DNA from: Candidatus Poribacteria bacterium
GTDB taxonomy: Bacteria > Poribacteria > WGA-4E > PCPOR2b
Direction: 5' to 3'
Length of the DNA stretch: 64,000 nt
Assembly (NCBI GenBank): GCA_965215015.1
Contig: OZ244042.1
Span: 1,312,001-1,376,000 of the forward strand
The notes under the pieces are model-generated. The model saw only the letters and a list, made by a program, of their open reading frames with translations. It was not told the DNA's origin and made no database searches. This document shows, piece after piece, positions 10,019 to 19,384 of this stretch (positions are counted from its first letter, which is position 1; the number at the start of each line of letters is the position of its first letter). The position numbers and the translations under genes were made by a program.

Positions 10019-11200
10019 ATGAAAATTATCGCTGCCGATCCCTTTTACCTCAAAATGCCGCAGATTACCGACGCGGCAGATGGCACACAGGACACACTTG
10101 TCGTACGTATCCAGACAGACGAGGGGATAACCGGGTGGGGCGAATGCGATGCATCGCCGCTTGTATCGTTAGCTGCGTATTGCTGCCCAATGTCACATGG
10201 GAACATCATCAATATCCGTGAATCTTTGGTTGGAGAGACGCTAGATAGTCCTAACGATGTGGTCCGCCTGCATCAAAAGGTGTTGCGTAATGGGCTCGAC
10301 ATTCAGCAGATCCATCACGCCTATAGCGGCGCAGACATCGCCTTATGGGACATCGTTGGGCGGAAGATAGGTGAGCCTGTCTACCGTCTGATTAATCCCC
10401 AGAGTCGAAGTTATTCTAAACTACCATATGCCTCTGTCCTCTTTGGCGAGACTCCCGAAGAAACCTATCAAATTGCAGCGCAATTGCGCGAACAGGGGTA
10501 TCGTGCTGCGAAGTTTGGGTGGGGACCGATAGGAAAATTCGGTGAAGAGAACGACATCGCGCTGGTTCGTGCGGCACGCGAGGGCATGGGAAAAGACGCC
10601 CAGATCATGATCGATGCCGGTGTTGTCTGGGGCAATGACTATGAAACGGCTTATGCCCGCGCGAAACGGTTCGCACAGTTTTCGCCCACATGGTTGGAAG
10701 AACCCCTCGCTCCCGACGCGATCGAAGCATACATGGGGTTATCAAAGCGGAATCCACCGGTGCCAATTGCCGCAGGTGAGGGGGCTGGGACGTATCGTAT
10801 GGCCGAGGATCTTATCTTGCATGGCGGGATTCAGTTTGTGCAGATCGATGTCGGACGCATCGGCGGCATCACAGCAGCTTTCCGCGTGCGACAACTGGCC
10901 GAACAGCATGGGATTCAATATGTGAATCACACCTTTAAAAGCCATTTAAGCCTTGCCGCTTCGCTGCATGTGTTTGCGACCAATGAATCGTTCAATCTGT
11001 TAGAGTATCCGGCTGTGGGCTCTGAGCTTTCTCAACGCTTGACGGTTGAGCGACTGGAGGTTGGATCTGATGGAAGGGTGGCGTTGACGGGTAAACCGGG
11101 ACTAGGCGTGCACGTTGATACAGAGGCGATAGGTGCATATTTAGCCCCTGTGCGGATTCAGGTTGGCAACGAGGTTATTTTTGAGTCAGTTGAACTCTAA
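10019..11200 (+). CDS. Mandelate racemase/muconate lactonizing enzyme family (enolase superfamily)
   Basis: GITGWGE, DIALWDI, KFG, IMIDAG, WLEEP, AAGE and GGIT motifs. Confidence 0.9.
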   Translation: MKIIAADPFYLKMPQITDAADGTQDTLVVRIQTDEGITGWGECDASPLVSLAAYCCPMSHGNIINIRESLVGETLDSPNDVVRLHQKVLRNGLDIQQIHHAYSGADIALWDIVGRKIGEPVYRLINPQSRSYSKLPYASVLFGETPEETYQIAAQLREQGYRAAKFGWGPIGKFGEENDIALVRAAREGMGKDAQIMIDAGVVWGNDYETAYARAKRFAQFSPTWLEEPLAPDAIEAYMGLSKRNPPVPIAAGEGAGTYRMAEDLILHGGIQFVQIDVGRIGGITAAFRVRQLAEQHGIQYVNHTFKSHLSLAASLHVFATNESFNLLEYPAVGSELSQRLTVERLEVGSDGRVALTGKPGLGVHVDTEAIGAYLAPVRIQVGNEVIFESVEL

Positions 11201-11392
11201 TGCTACCCTTGTTGATAAATGTTGAGGTTCATGTCAAAAGGAAAGTGCAGAGCAAAGATACACGGTACATCGCGCAACAGCCCCCCCGAACACTGCTGCA
11301 CAATGTTCATGATCGGTTGAAAACACCATTTCTTAACATGAGCGAATTTTGAAATGATTCTGTCAAGCGATTGACTGGAATCTAATAATAGA

Positions 11393-11604
11393 TAGGATTT
11401 ACGCAGTTGAAGGCTCAAAGCCAACGGCAAAAAAAGGTCGCGCCATGTTTATGGTTGGTTGAGCCAGGATTATGGCGCAATAGTCATGGTATCCTCGGAG
11501 ACTTATCACCGGACAATATAACTCACGCCGCCCAATAAATCGGGCAACTACAGTTCATCCGACAGTAGTAGGGACGCTCCGCAAACTCAAGGGCGTAACT
11601 CCTA
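11393..11604. mobile_element. MITE-like element (same TIR family as 8265)
   Basis: TAGGATTTACGCAGTTGAAGGCTC...GGCGTAACTCCTA; no clear TSD. Confidence 0.7.
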
Positions 11605-11606
11605 AA

Positions 11607-12368
11607 ATGGAGAAAAATATGATTCAAAAATATCTAGGTTTCTTGATCTTGGGTCTTGTTGTTATGACCTGTATCGTTTCTTGTGGAGATGAGGGGGAAA
11701 GGGGGACACCCGAGCCGCCTACCTCTCAGCAGCCTTCCCCGGGGGAGCCAACCCCTGAACCTTCGACCCTACAGCCATCGCAGCCGGATGAACAGATACC
11801 ACAACCCCCTGATCAACAACAGCCGCAGCCGGATGAACAGATGCCACAACCCCCTGATCAACAACAGCCGCAGCCAGTAGAACAGGTGCCGCAACCCCAA
11901 CCCGAACCACCGCTAGTTGAACAGATGCCACAACTCCAACCGGAACCAAAGCCACCGGCTGCCCTTCCGGGGCTCCCTGATGACACGGCAGGATATGATC
12001 AGTGGTTGAAGTTAAACGCTCAACCGATCCCTCCAGTGCCGGGTGGGGACCCGCATAATGGCACCAAAAATGTCTATGTCAACCAAACGCGTGAGAAGAT
12101 TGCCCCGAATGGTCAGCAAAAGTTCCCCTATCCGGATGGCACGATTGTCGTGAAGGAAGCAACTCGCCCGGGTAAAGACTTTATTGGACTGGTCGCAGTG
12201 ATGTGGAAGGAGGCAGGAAGCGATCCCGCCGCCGGTGATTGGAGATTTGAGGAATTTCTGCGAAACGCTCCGGACGCGGAATTCCGCTTGGCTTTTGAAG
12301 GAGGGATCTGCATCGGCTGCCACTCAGGAGCTGCTGCTACAGACTTTGTGTTCGTACGACTTGAATAG
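11607..12368 (+). CDS. Lipoprotein with Pro/Gln-rich linker and C-terminal cytochrome P460-family domain
   Basis: Lipobox IVSC; NVYVN, PDGTIVVKE, GDWRF and C-terminal CIGCH...DFVF. Confidence 0.75.
   Translation: MEKNMIQKYLGFLILGLVVMTCIVSCGDEGERGTPEPPTSQQPSPGEPTPEPSTLQPSQPDEQIPQPPDQQQPQPDEQMPQPPDQQQPQPVEQVPQPQPEPPLVEQMPQLQPEPKPPAALPGLPDDTAGYDQWLKLNAQPIPPVPGGDPHNGTKNVYVNQTREKIAPNGQQKFPYPDGTIVVKEATRPGKDFIGLVAVMWKEAGSDPAAGDWRFEEFLRNAPDAEFRLAFEGGICIGCHSGAAATDFVFVRLE
11781..11898 (+). repeat. 45-bp coding tandem repeat (QPDEQxPQPPDQQQP), two copies plus a partial
   Basis: Units 11781-11825 and 11826-11870 differ at one base. Confidence 0.9.
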
Positions 12369-12408
12369 CAGGCGATGGACAAATTGGCGTCTCTATTTTT
12401 TATGCTTT

Positions 12409-12426
12409 TAGGATTTACGCAGTTGA
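12409..12426. mobile_element. Solo MITE left end
   Basis: TAGGATTTACGCAGTTGA with no matching right end found. Confidence 0.55.
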
Positions 12427-12621
12427 CCCCTCGAATCCTTGTCGTTCGAGATTCATAGCTCGACACCCAAATGTCCATAGTGTTGATTTTAGAAAATTGA
12501 CCGACAGAGGGCCTATGTGGGTACATTTGGCAGTTTAACAGTTAGCGATTTATGTCTATCGGGACACGGGTTGAATGGCGTTCCGTGCTTTACTACGTTT
12601 AACACATAAGGAGGTTAGCAA

Positions 12622-13797
12622 TTGATATACAGGTTTCAGTTTGGATTTTTGGTCTTTTTACTCAGTGCATTATTAACTGTTTCTCTCGTTGATGATAGCA
12701 CGGCGCGTCCAGAATTTGCGGCGATGGAAGAAAAGGAGTGTAGTTTCTGCCACCTCGACCCGGCGGGTGGCGGTCCCCGTAACGCCGTTGGGCAGATTTA
12801 TGAAGATAACTACTTTGAATTTCCCGAAGATTTCGATCCGGAAGCAATTATAGAAGAGGCGGAAAAGGTCCGCCAGAGACTCACAACAGCGGTCAACATT
12901 CGTACCGCTTATATCAAAACAGTCCATGTCGATCTTGATGGACGTGCAAGGGCCAACTGTACCTCCTGTCATTCAGCTGTTGATAGCTTTCTGCTGATGC
13001 AGGGCGAGTTGACCGTTAATGCACAAGCATCGGACAAACTTAGGTTGACCGTATCCAATAACATGGGCGCACCCCTCAACATGTTTGCAACAGTTAATGC
13101 TATCCCAAAACACCTCTACGTCAAAGTGGGGCAATTCCGCATTCCCTTTGGCCTTAAACAGAGAGACCACAATATCTTGGTCCGTCAAGGCTATAACCTC
13201 GGATCGCATAAGCGGGATGTCGGCGTCGAAATCGGTGGTACATACGGCAAGGTATTCTACAATGCCGCCGTGGTCAACGGGAATCGGAGTGCTGGACAGG
13301 CTCCAGACACCAACCACGATAAGGGGTGGGTTGCGACTGCTGGCGGCACACTCGGACCCTTGCGGGGAGGCGTCTCCTTTCTCCTTGATAGACCGGTAGA
13401 TCGTGAAATGAGGGCTGGGGCGTTTTTAACAGCTGCCCACAACAATCTCACCCTTGAAGGTGAGTTCAATTTCGGGGGCAGTTTCAATGACGATGAGAGC
13501 ATCGGTTTCAGCGATGATGACATCACATCCAAAGGCTACTATTTCGGTGCGAAATATCGCGTCATGCCGGAACTGATGCTCTCCGGACGTTACGAGTTAT
13601 TCGATCCGGATCGCACGCTTAAAGGGGATGGGAGCCGGCGTGTAACGCTTGCTGCACAATATATCTTTATGCAGAATGGTTCCCTTGAGCTATTCTATTG
13701 GCTCAATATCGCGAACGATGACCGAAATAAAACAATCTCTGACCGTCAGCTTGAGGGGATAGATCAGCTCATCTTGATGTCGCATTTCTGGTTCTAG
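12622..13797 (+). CDS. Cyc2-like cytochrome c-porin fusion with two CxxCH motifs
   Basis: Signal peptide; ARPEFA..C(SF)CH N-terminus; second CTSCH; porin O/P-like KVGQFRIPFG and beta-strand pattern; terminal aromatic HFWF. Confidence 0.65.
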   Translation: MIYRFQFGFLVFLLSALLTVSLVDDSTARPEFAAMEEKECSFCHLDPAGGGPRNAVGQIYEDNYFEFPEDFDPEAIIEEAEKVRQRLTTAVNIRTAYIKTVHVDLDGRARANCTSCHSAVDSFLLMQGELTVNAQASDKLRLTVSNNMGAPLNMFATVNAIPKHLYVKVGQFRIPFGLKQRDHNILVRQGYNLGSHKRDVGVEIGGTYGKVFYNAAVVNGNRSAGQAPDTNHDKGWVATAGGTLGPLRGGVSFLLDRPVDREMRAGAFLTAAHNNLTLEGEFNFGGSFNDDESIGFSDDDITSKGYYFGAKYRVMPELMLSGRYELFDPDRTLKGDGSRRVTLAAQYIFMQNGSLELFYWLNIANDDRNKTISDRQLEGIDQLILMSHFWF

Positions 13798-13889
13798 CGC
13801 AAATTTTCAAAAGTGGCTCATGTTCAGAAACCATGCACTTTCTTTTTATATGAGTCTTAAAAGTTTGATCTATAAGGGGAAGAGATAGG

Positions 13890-14987
13890 ATGTCTACTGC
13901 AACAAGTACGATACTTGGGCTTGTTTTCCTCGGTTTGGGGAATGCTTCCGTGTTTTTGATGTATAAACTGTGGGGTTATCCCTTCGACCATGAAACCCAT
14001 ACCAGCTCGGCACCGAAATCGCTGATGTTTGTCCATCGTGCTATCGGCTATGCGTATCTGATCCTTTACATCTTCATGATGTGGCACATGGTGCCCCGCC
14101 TGTGGAATTATCAGGTCGAACTCCCACCGCGTACCGTCGCTCACCTGATGCTCGGTATTGCGATTGGCGTTTTACTTCTGATCAAAATTTCGATTCTCCG
14201 CTTCTTCCGACACTTTGAGGAAGCGATGCCTTATATCGGGACAGTGCTCTTGATATGTACTTATCTGCTGATTGGTCTCTCCATACCCTTTACATTGCGG
14301 GAAAGTGCCCTGCGCGTCAGGGGCAATGTTTTCAGCGATGCTAGCCTCCAACGGACGCATACGCGACTACAAATGGCGGGATTGCCGCCCGATGTGCCGC
14401 TTGATAAGCTGGCTACAAGGCGGAAATTGCGCGAAGGGCAGGACGTTCTATTGAAGAAATGTGTTCAGTGCCACGATTTGCGAACTATCTTAGCGCGTCC
14501 ACGCACCCCGCCGGATTGGGTGCGGACGGTCGATCGGATGGCAATTAAGCCGATGATAGGGGAGCCAATTACCCTAGAAGATCAGTGGACGGTGTCCGCA
14601 TATCTGATTGCTATTACGCCTGAACTGCAAATTTCAGCGAAAGCGCAGCGGAAGCAGCGAATGCAGGTCAGTCAAGCGCAAAACGTTTTAGCTGTTTTGA
14701 CCAATCCTGATGCGGTGGCCGATGAAGTGATTGTGAACCCGGATGAGGTTGAGAAGATGGAGGAAACAACAGCTGAAGATACCTATGATCCAGAAGCTGC
14801 GAAGGAGTTGTTTGAAATTACCTGCTCCCTCTGCCATGACCTTTCAGACGTTGATAATGTCCCACCGACATCAGAGGGGGAGACCACGGAGCTTATCGCT
14901 CGCATGATCGATAACGGGCTTTTCCTCGAAGAGGAAGATATCAAAATCATCGCTCGGTATCTAAATGAAACCTATGTGAATCCGTGA
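13890..14987 (+). CDS. Membrane protein with four N-terminal TM helices (His-bearing) and two c-type haem domains
   Basis: HRAIG and HLMLG in TM segments; CVQCH...W..TVDRM and CSLCH...IARM. Confidence 0.75.
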   Translation: MSTATSTILGLVFLGLGNASVFLMYKLWGYPFDHETHTSSAPKSLMFVHRAIGYAYLILYIFMMWHMVPRLWNYQVELPPRTVAHLMLGIAIGVLLLIKISILRFFRHFEEAMPYIGTVLLICTYLLIGLSIPFTLRESALRVRGNVFSDASLQRTHTRLQMAGLPPDVPLDKLATRRKLREGQDVLLKKCVQCHDLRTILARPRTPPDWVRTVDRMAIKPMIGEPITLEDQWTVSAYLIAITPELQISAKAQRKQRMQVSQAQNVLAVLTNPDAVADEVIVNPDEVEKMEETTAEDTYDPEAAKELFEITCSLCHDLSDVDNVPPTSEGETTELIARMIDNGLFLEEEDIKIIARYLNETYVNP

Positions 14988-15021
14988 AGTGGTTGAGCAA
15001 AAATGCCATATTTTAACCTAA

Positions 15022-15209
15022 TAGGATTTACGCAGTTGAAGGCTCAAAACCAGTCTCCTTTGAGAGAGCCTTGGACCTGTAGTTCAGCGATTTATCGCCG
15101 CACCTAACAACTTTCACTGCCCGATTCATCGGACAACTACAGTAGGTGTACTATTAAGTATCCGTAGGGAACGCCGATCGATGTTCCCTACGGAAGTGCG
15201 TAACTCCTA
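15022..15209. mobile_element. MITE-like element with 13-bp TIR and 5-bp target duplication
   Basis: TAGGATTTACGCA...TGCGTAACTCCTA flanked by CCTAA on both sides; interior made of GTAG-type REP palindromes. Confidence 0.85.
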
Positions 15210-15269
15210 CCTAAGTTGCTAGTTGATAAACCGATTGCGTTATTTTAATATTTCCGCTGAAAAGTTGTG

Positions 15270-16121
15270 TTATCCTTGCGATCGGTTGCTCTCCAACTCG
15301 GTCATCATCCGCAAATTCAACAGATGGGTCATGGTTCCTCCCGCCGCTGGAATCAATCGCCCTGTGTCGTATATCTTCATCGCGGCGATGGCGGCATAGG
15401 CGATATCTTCCGGTTTGCCCGGGCGAAACATGAAAACATACCCCTTTTCCGATGCCTCCTCATAATCTGGGATACGAAGCCGCGACAAATCTGTGTTGAT
15501 AACACCCGCCTCAATGCCGTTGACTTTAATCCCCTCCTCTGCCAACCGGCCCGCGTAGACCTTCATATCCATCTCCAAGCCCGCCTTAGAAATGCAATAG
15601 GCAGCGCGGTTGTCAGACGCGAGCGAGTCTGAAATAGATAGGGTATAAACAATACATCCACGGACTCCCTCGGCGATCATGTAATTCGCAACCCGTTGCG
15701 TCAAAAAGTGCGGTGCTTTGAGATTGGTTTTAATGAGAATGTCGAAATCTTCTTCAGATTCTTCGAGAATGTCGGCGATACGCGTAATGCCCGCATTGTT
15801 GACCAGAATATCGACTCTGCTGAAGGCGTCAACCGCTGTATCAAGCAATCTCTGATGCTGTGCAAGATCGCTGACATCCGCTTGCAAGATGACTGCCTTT
15901 CGACCGAGTTTTTCAATTTCAGCCTTGACTTCTTCTGCCGCTTCACGGTTGTAGTTATAATTAACAAGGACATCCGTCCCTTGCCGTGCGAGCTCAACCG
16001 CAATCGCTCTCCCAATCCCTCGACTTGAGCCGGTGACAATTGCGCTTTTGCCCTGCAGCGAAACGTCTGTTGCGAAAAATCCCAGATCTTGCTCTAAAGA
16101 CATATTGTTCTCCTGTTTCAT
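15270..16121 (-). CDS. Short-chain dehydrogenase/reductase
   Basis: TGSSRGIG, NNAG and YCISK motifs; alternative start at 16103. Confidence 0.9.
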   Translation of the reverse strand: MKQENNMSLEQDLGFFATDVSLQGKSAIVTGSSRGIGRAIAVELARQGTDVLVNYNYNREAAEEVKAEIEKLGRKAVILQADVSDLAQHQRLLDTAVDAFSRVDILVNNAGITRIADILEESEEDFDILIKTNLKAPHFLTQRVANYMIAEGVRGCIVYTLSISDSLASDNRAAYCISKAGLEMDMKVYAGRLAEEGIKVNGIEAGVINTDLSRLRIPDYEEASEKGYVFMFRPGKPEDIAYAAIAAMKIYDTGRLIPAAGGTMTHLLNLRMMTELESNRSQG

Positions 16122-17515
16122 GCCCTACGTTTTCTCGCAGCGGCAAATTTTCCGTCTCGTTCTTTCTGTTTGTCGTGAGAATTTGGCTCTGGTTTTGCAT
16201 CTGTAGACCGATAGTAAATTCGTAGTGGCGTTCCGCTGAATCCGAACGCCTCACGAATACCGTTCATCAGATAGGCTTCATAATGGGGCTGGATTTTATT
16301 GGCATGGCGAGCAAAGAGCAAAAAGGTTGGCGGTTGGGTCTTGATCTGCGTCATATATTTCAGAGACGGGCGGACACCTCCAGAGCGCGGGGGTTGATGG
16401 GCATTTTTGAGGTGTGCGAGCAGATTGTTTAACTCGTGGGTGGTGATACTCGTTGAATACTCACGATAAATGGTGAGTGTGAGATCCAGAAGCTTCATCA
16501 CACGCAGATCTGTAACCGCCGAAACAAAGAGCAGCGGAACATAGAATAGCTGCGGCATTTGGCGTCGGATCGATTCTACAAACTGATTAAAGGTGGAATT
16601 GTCTTTAGCAATTAGATCCCATTTGTTGACCGCTAGAATGCACGGTTTCCCCTGTCTTGCGATGTAGCTGCCAATAGTTTTATCTTGATGCGCGATTTCG
16701 CGGGTGGCATCGACAACGAGCCATGAAATATCGCTTTTACGAATACTACGGATGGCACGTTGGACGGTTGATTGTTCAAGCTGGCTATTAATGGCAGATT
16801 TCCGGCGCATCCCTGCTGTATCGATTAGCTCAAACGACACGGCGTCATGGGTAAAGCTGATATTTACCGCATCCCGCGTTGTGCCGGGACGATCATCGAC
16901 AATCATCCGATCTTCGCCGAGAATTGCGTTGATAAGGGACGATTTGCCTGCATTCGGGCGACCAACAATAGCAATTTTAATCGGGCCGGTAACGGCATCG
17001 GGGCTTGCTGTCTCTGCTTCCGGCATGGCAAACACAACTTCGTCAAGAAGAATGTTAATCCCCATGTTCTGTGCACACGAAGTGAAAAAAGGTTCACCGA
17101 GTGCAAGTTGGTAAAATTCAGTTCCCTCGGTTTCCAACCGGGCGTTATCTGCTTTATTGACAACGACAAAAATCTGTTTGTCTGTTTTTCTCAGCATGTC
17201 TGCAATAAGCAGATCTTGGGGCATAATTCCCGTCTGTGCGTCAACGACAAACAAGATAACCGTTGCCTCGTTCAAAGCTACTTCGACCTGCCACTGTACG
17301 CTATTGATGAGGTGGTCTTCCGGGTCAAGATCTAAACCACCGGTATCCACAATGGTAAAGTGACCATCCCCCCACTCGACATCGGCGTAAATCCTGTCTC
17401 GCGTTACACCGGGCTGATCGTGGATGACAGCGATCCGCTTTTTCGCAATCAAATTGAAGAGGGACGATTTCCCTACATTGGGTCTCCCAACGATTGCGAC
17501 AATTGGTTGTGCCAT
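16118..17515 (-). CDS. der: Ribosome biogenesis GTPase Der
   Basis: Two GTPase domains (GRPNVGKS, GRPNAGKS, DTGG/DTAG, NKAD/NKWD) and KH-like C-terminus. Confidence 0.97.
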   Translation of the reverse strand: MAQPIVAIVGRPNVGKSSLFNLIAKKRIAVIHDQPGVTRDRIYADVEWGDGHFTIVDTGGLDLDPEDHLINSVQWQVEVALNEATVILFVVDAQTGIMPQDLLIADMLRKTDKQIFVVVNKADNARLETEGTEFYQLALGEPFFTSCAQNMGINILLDEVVFAMPEAETASPDAVTGPIKIAIVGRPNAGKSSLINAILGEDRMIVDDRPGTTRDAVNISFTHDAVSFELIDTAGMRRKSAINSQLEQSTVQRAIRSIRKSDISWLVVDATREIAHQDKTIGSYIARQGKPCILAVNKWDLIAKDNSTFNQFVESIRRQMPQLFYVPLLFVSAVTDLRVMKLLDLTLTIYREYSTSITTHELNNLLAHLKNAHQPPRSGGVRPSLKYMTQIKTQPPTFLLFARHANKIQPHYEAYLMNGIREAFGFSGTPLRIYYRSTDAKPEPNSHDKQKERDGKFAAARKRRA

Positions 17516-17531
17516 GAGTTACCCCCTTTTC

Positions 17532-18407
17532 TTAGTGAATAAAGCCGCTCCGTCGTAGATCTCGCAGAATGAACTGTTCAATTGGTGTTTGATGATTCAT
17601 ACGAATATAAGTCACGCCGCGATTCAGGCAATAGCGTTTCAAATTTTCACAAAAAGTGTTCAATCGCTCGGTGTAACTCATGAGAGCCTGTTCATTGACG
17701 GTAATTTCTTTAGACTGTCCCGTTTCCGCATCCGCTAACTGTAACTCGCCCGAAAGTCGCGGGTGCATTTCTTCATCACTGAGGAGGTGAATGAGCGTCA
17801 GGTCGAAACTTCGAGATAGAAGTTGCTTAACCCCTGTCTCATAACCGTCCATATCCCAAAAATCCGAGATAATAATTCCAACCCCCCCTCCCTTTATTTC
17901 GGTGGCAAAACGTTGCAGGCACGTTGTTAGATGCGTTTCTCCGCCCCCGGCAATTTCCTCAATGGCTTGTGACAGCTTTGGAAACTGCGCTTTTCCGTAC
18001 GTGAGGGATACGATAGGGGTCAGCTGATCTGAGAACGTATAAACTGAGACACGATCAAAACTGATTAGGCCAATATAACTCAGTGCTGCAGCAATCCGTT
18101 TAGCACATTCTAGTTTCGTGGGCTGTCCGAAATCCATTGACATGCTGTTATCGATCAAGATAAAGATCGGGAGATCTTCCTCTGCATTGAATAGCTTAAG
18201 AAAGAGTCGATCCAATCGGGCATAGACGTTCCAGTCAATATGACGCAGATCGTCACCAAGTTCATAGGTCCGGTAATCCGCAAATTCAACGCTTGCACCC
18301 CGGTTGAGGCTGCGTCTTTCGCCTTTGAACTTCCCCCGAAATACATTTTCAGAACGAATTTGGAGGCGATCCATCTGTTTGAGAAATTTGGGGTCTAAAA
18401 GGGACAT
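17532..18407 (-). CDS. DUF58 domain protein (vWA-like)
   Basis: GASVEFADYR.Y..GDDLRHIDWN, DNSMSM and ISDF motifs. Confidence 0.9.
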   Translation of the reverse strand: MSLLDPKFLKQMDRLQIRSENVFRGKFKGERRSLNRGASVEFADYRTYELGDDLRHIDWNVYARLDRLFLKLFNAEEDLPIFILIDNSMSMDFGQPTKLECAKRIAAALSYIGLISFDRVSVYTFSDQLTPIVSLTYGKAQFPKLSQAIEEIAGGGETHLTTCLQRFATEIKGGGVGIIISDFWDMDGYETGVKQLLSRSFDLTLIHLLSDEEMHPRLSGELQLADAETGQSKEITVNEQALMSYTERLNTFCENLKRYCLNRGVTYIRMNHQTPIEQFILRDLRRSGFIH

Positions 18408-18621
18408 TGGTTTTCCACCTAATAAACGGATCAAGAACGACTGAGGTTGTCATTGGTTGGTGCGACAACGTACTATTTTACCAGACCCTTGCTTAAACTG
18501 CCAGACAAATGTCTTGAGTATAAAAGATTTCTCTTGTCCTATCGGGCTTTCCGTCACACCAAAGTCGTTTGAGGAGTCCTACGATAATAGATCTTCCCTT
18601 TCTATTAACCTAAATTTTGAC

Positions 18622-18650
18622 TTGCAACTACCTATAAAATGTGTTATATT
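18622..18650 (+). promoter_or_regulatory. Sigma70-like promoter of the tRNA cluster
   Basis: TTGCAA-17-TATATT with extended TG. Confidence 0.55.
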
Positions 18651-18772
18651 TTTCGGGCTTTTTGCAGCAAGTCTGAAAAAAGACGGGCGTAACATGGCCC
18701 GATTAATGTATTCCGATCGAAGAGATCGGAAAGGCGGAGGTTTGAATTCTTTTCGTCTTGTCTTTTTTGTAT

Positions 18773-18849
18773 GCGCCCGTAGCTCAGCCGGATAGAGCAC
18801 CTGACTTCTAATCAGGTGGTCGCAGGTTCGAACCCTGCCGGGCGTGCCA
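18773..18849 (+). tRNA. tRNA-Arg(TCT)
   Basis: Cloverleaf; anticodon arm CCTGA-CTTCTAA-TCAGG; GGTTCGAA T-loop; CCA end. Confidence 0.95.
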
Positions 18850-18858
18850 AACCTTTAT

Positions 18859-18932
18859 GGTGGATGTAGCTCAGTCGGTAGAGCGCTTGACTGTGGATCA
18901 AGTGGCCGTGGGTTCAAATCCCATCATCCACC
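18859..18932 (+). tRNA. tRNA-His(GTG)
   Basis: G-1 plus GTGGATG/CATCCAC acceptor stem; CTTGA-CTGTGGA-TCAAG. Confidence 0.95.
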
Positions 18933-18940
18933 CTTTTTTT

Positions 18941-19015
18941 CGGGGCGTAGCGCAGCCCGGTTAGCGCGTCTGCTTTGGGAGCAGAAGGTCGGAGGTTCAA
19001 ATCCTCTCGCCCCGA
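18941..19015 (+). tRNA. tRNA-Pro(TGG)
   Basis: CGGGGCG/CGCCCCG acceptor stem; TCTGC-TTTGGGA-GCAGA. Confidence 0.95.
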
Positions 19016-19096
19016 TTCGCGGGTTGACAACCCTACTAGATATGGGTTATGATCTCCTCTTATCTTTTAATTCTGTTTCGATGAAGTTAGCAACAT

Positions 19097-19170
19097 GCGT
19101 CCGTAGTTCAATTGGATAGAGCAATAGACTTCGGATCTATAAGTTGGGGGTTCGAGTCCCTCCGGGCGCG
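19097..19170 (+). tRNA. tRNA-Arg(TCG)
   Basis: ATAGA-CTTCGGA-TCTAT anticodon arm; GGTTCGAG T-loop. Confidence 0.92.
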
Positions 19171-19180
19171 TTTTTCTTCT

Positions 19181-19257
19181 GCGCCGTTAGCTCAACCAGG
19201 CAGAGCATCTGACTCTTAATCAGGCGGTTGAAGGTTCGATTCCTTCACGGCGCACCA
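19181..19257 (+). tRNA. tRNA-Lys(CTT)
   Basis: CTGA-CTCTTAA-TCAG; CCA end. Confidence 0.95.
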
Positions 19258-19266
19258 TTTTGACGT

Positions 19267-19353
19267 GGGCGGGTGTTGGAACCGGTAGACAAGATAGATT
19301 TAGGATCTATTGGGGTTTTCCCCGTGAGGGTTCAAGTCCCTCCTCGCCCACCA
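19267..19353 (+). tRNA. tRNA-Leu(TAG)
   Basis: ATAGA-TTTAGGA-TCTAT, long variable arm, CCA end; usual position before tig. Confidence 0.93.
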
Positions 19354-19384
19354 AACGCTTTTCTGATGTAATCTGGAGGTCTAC

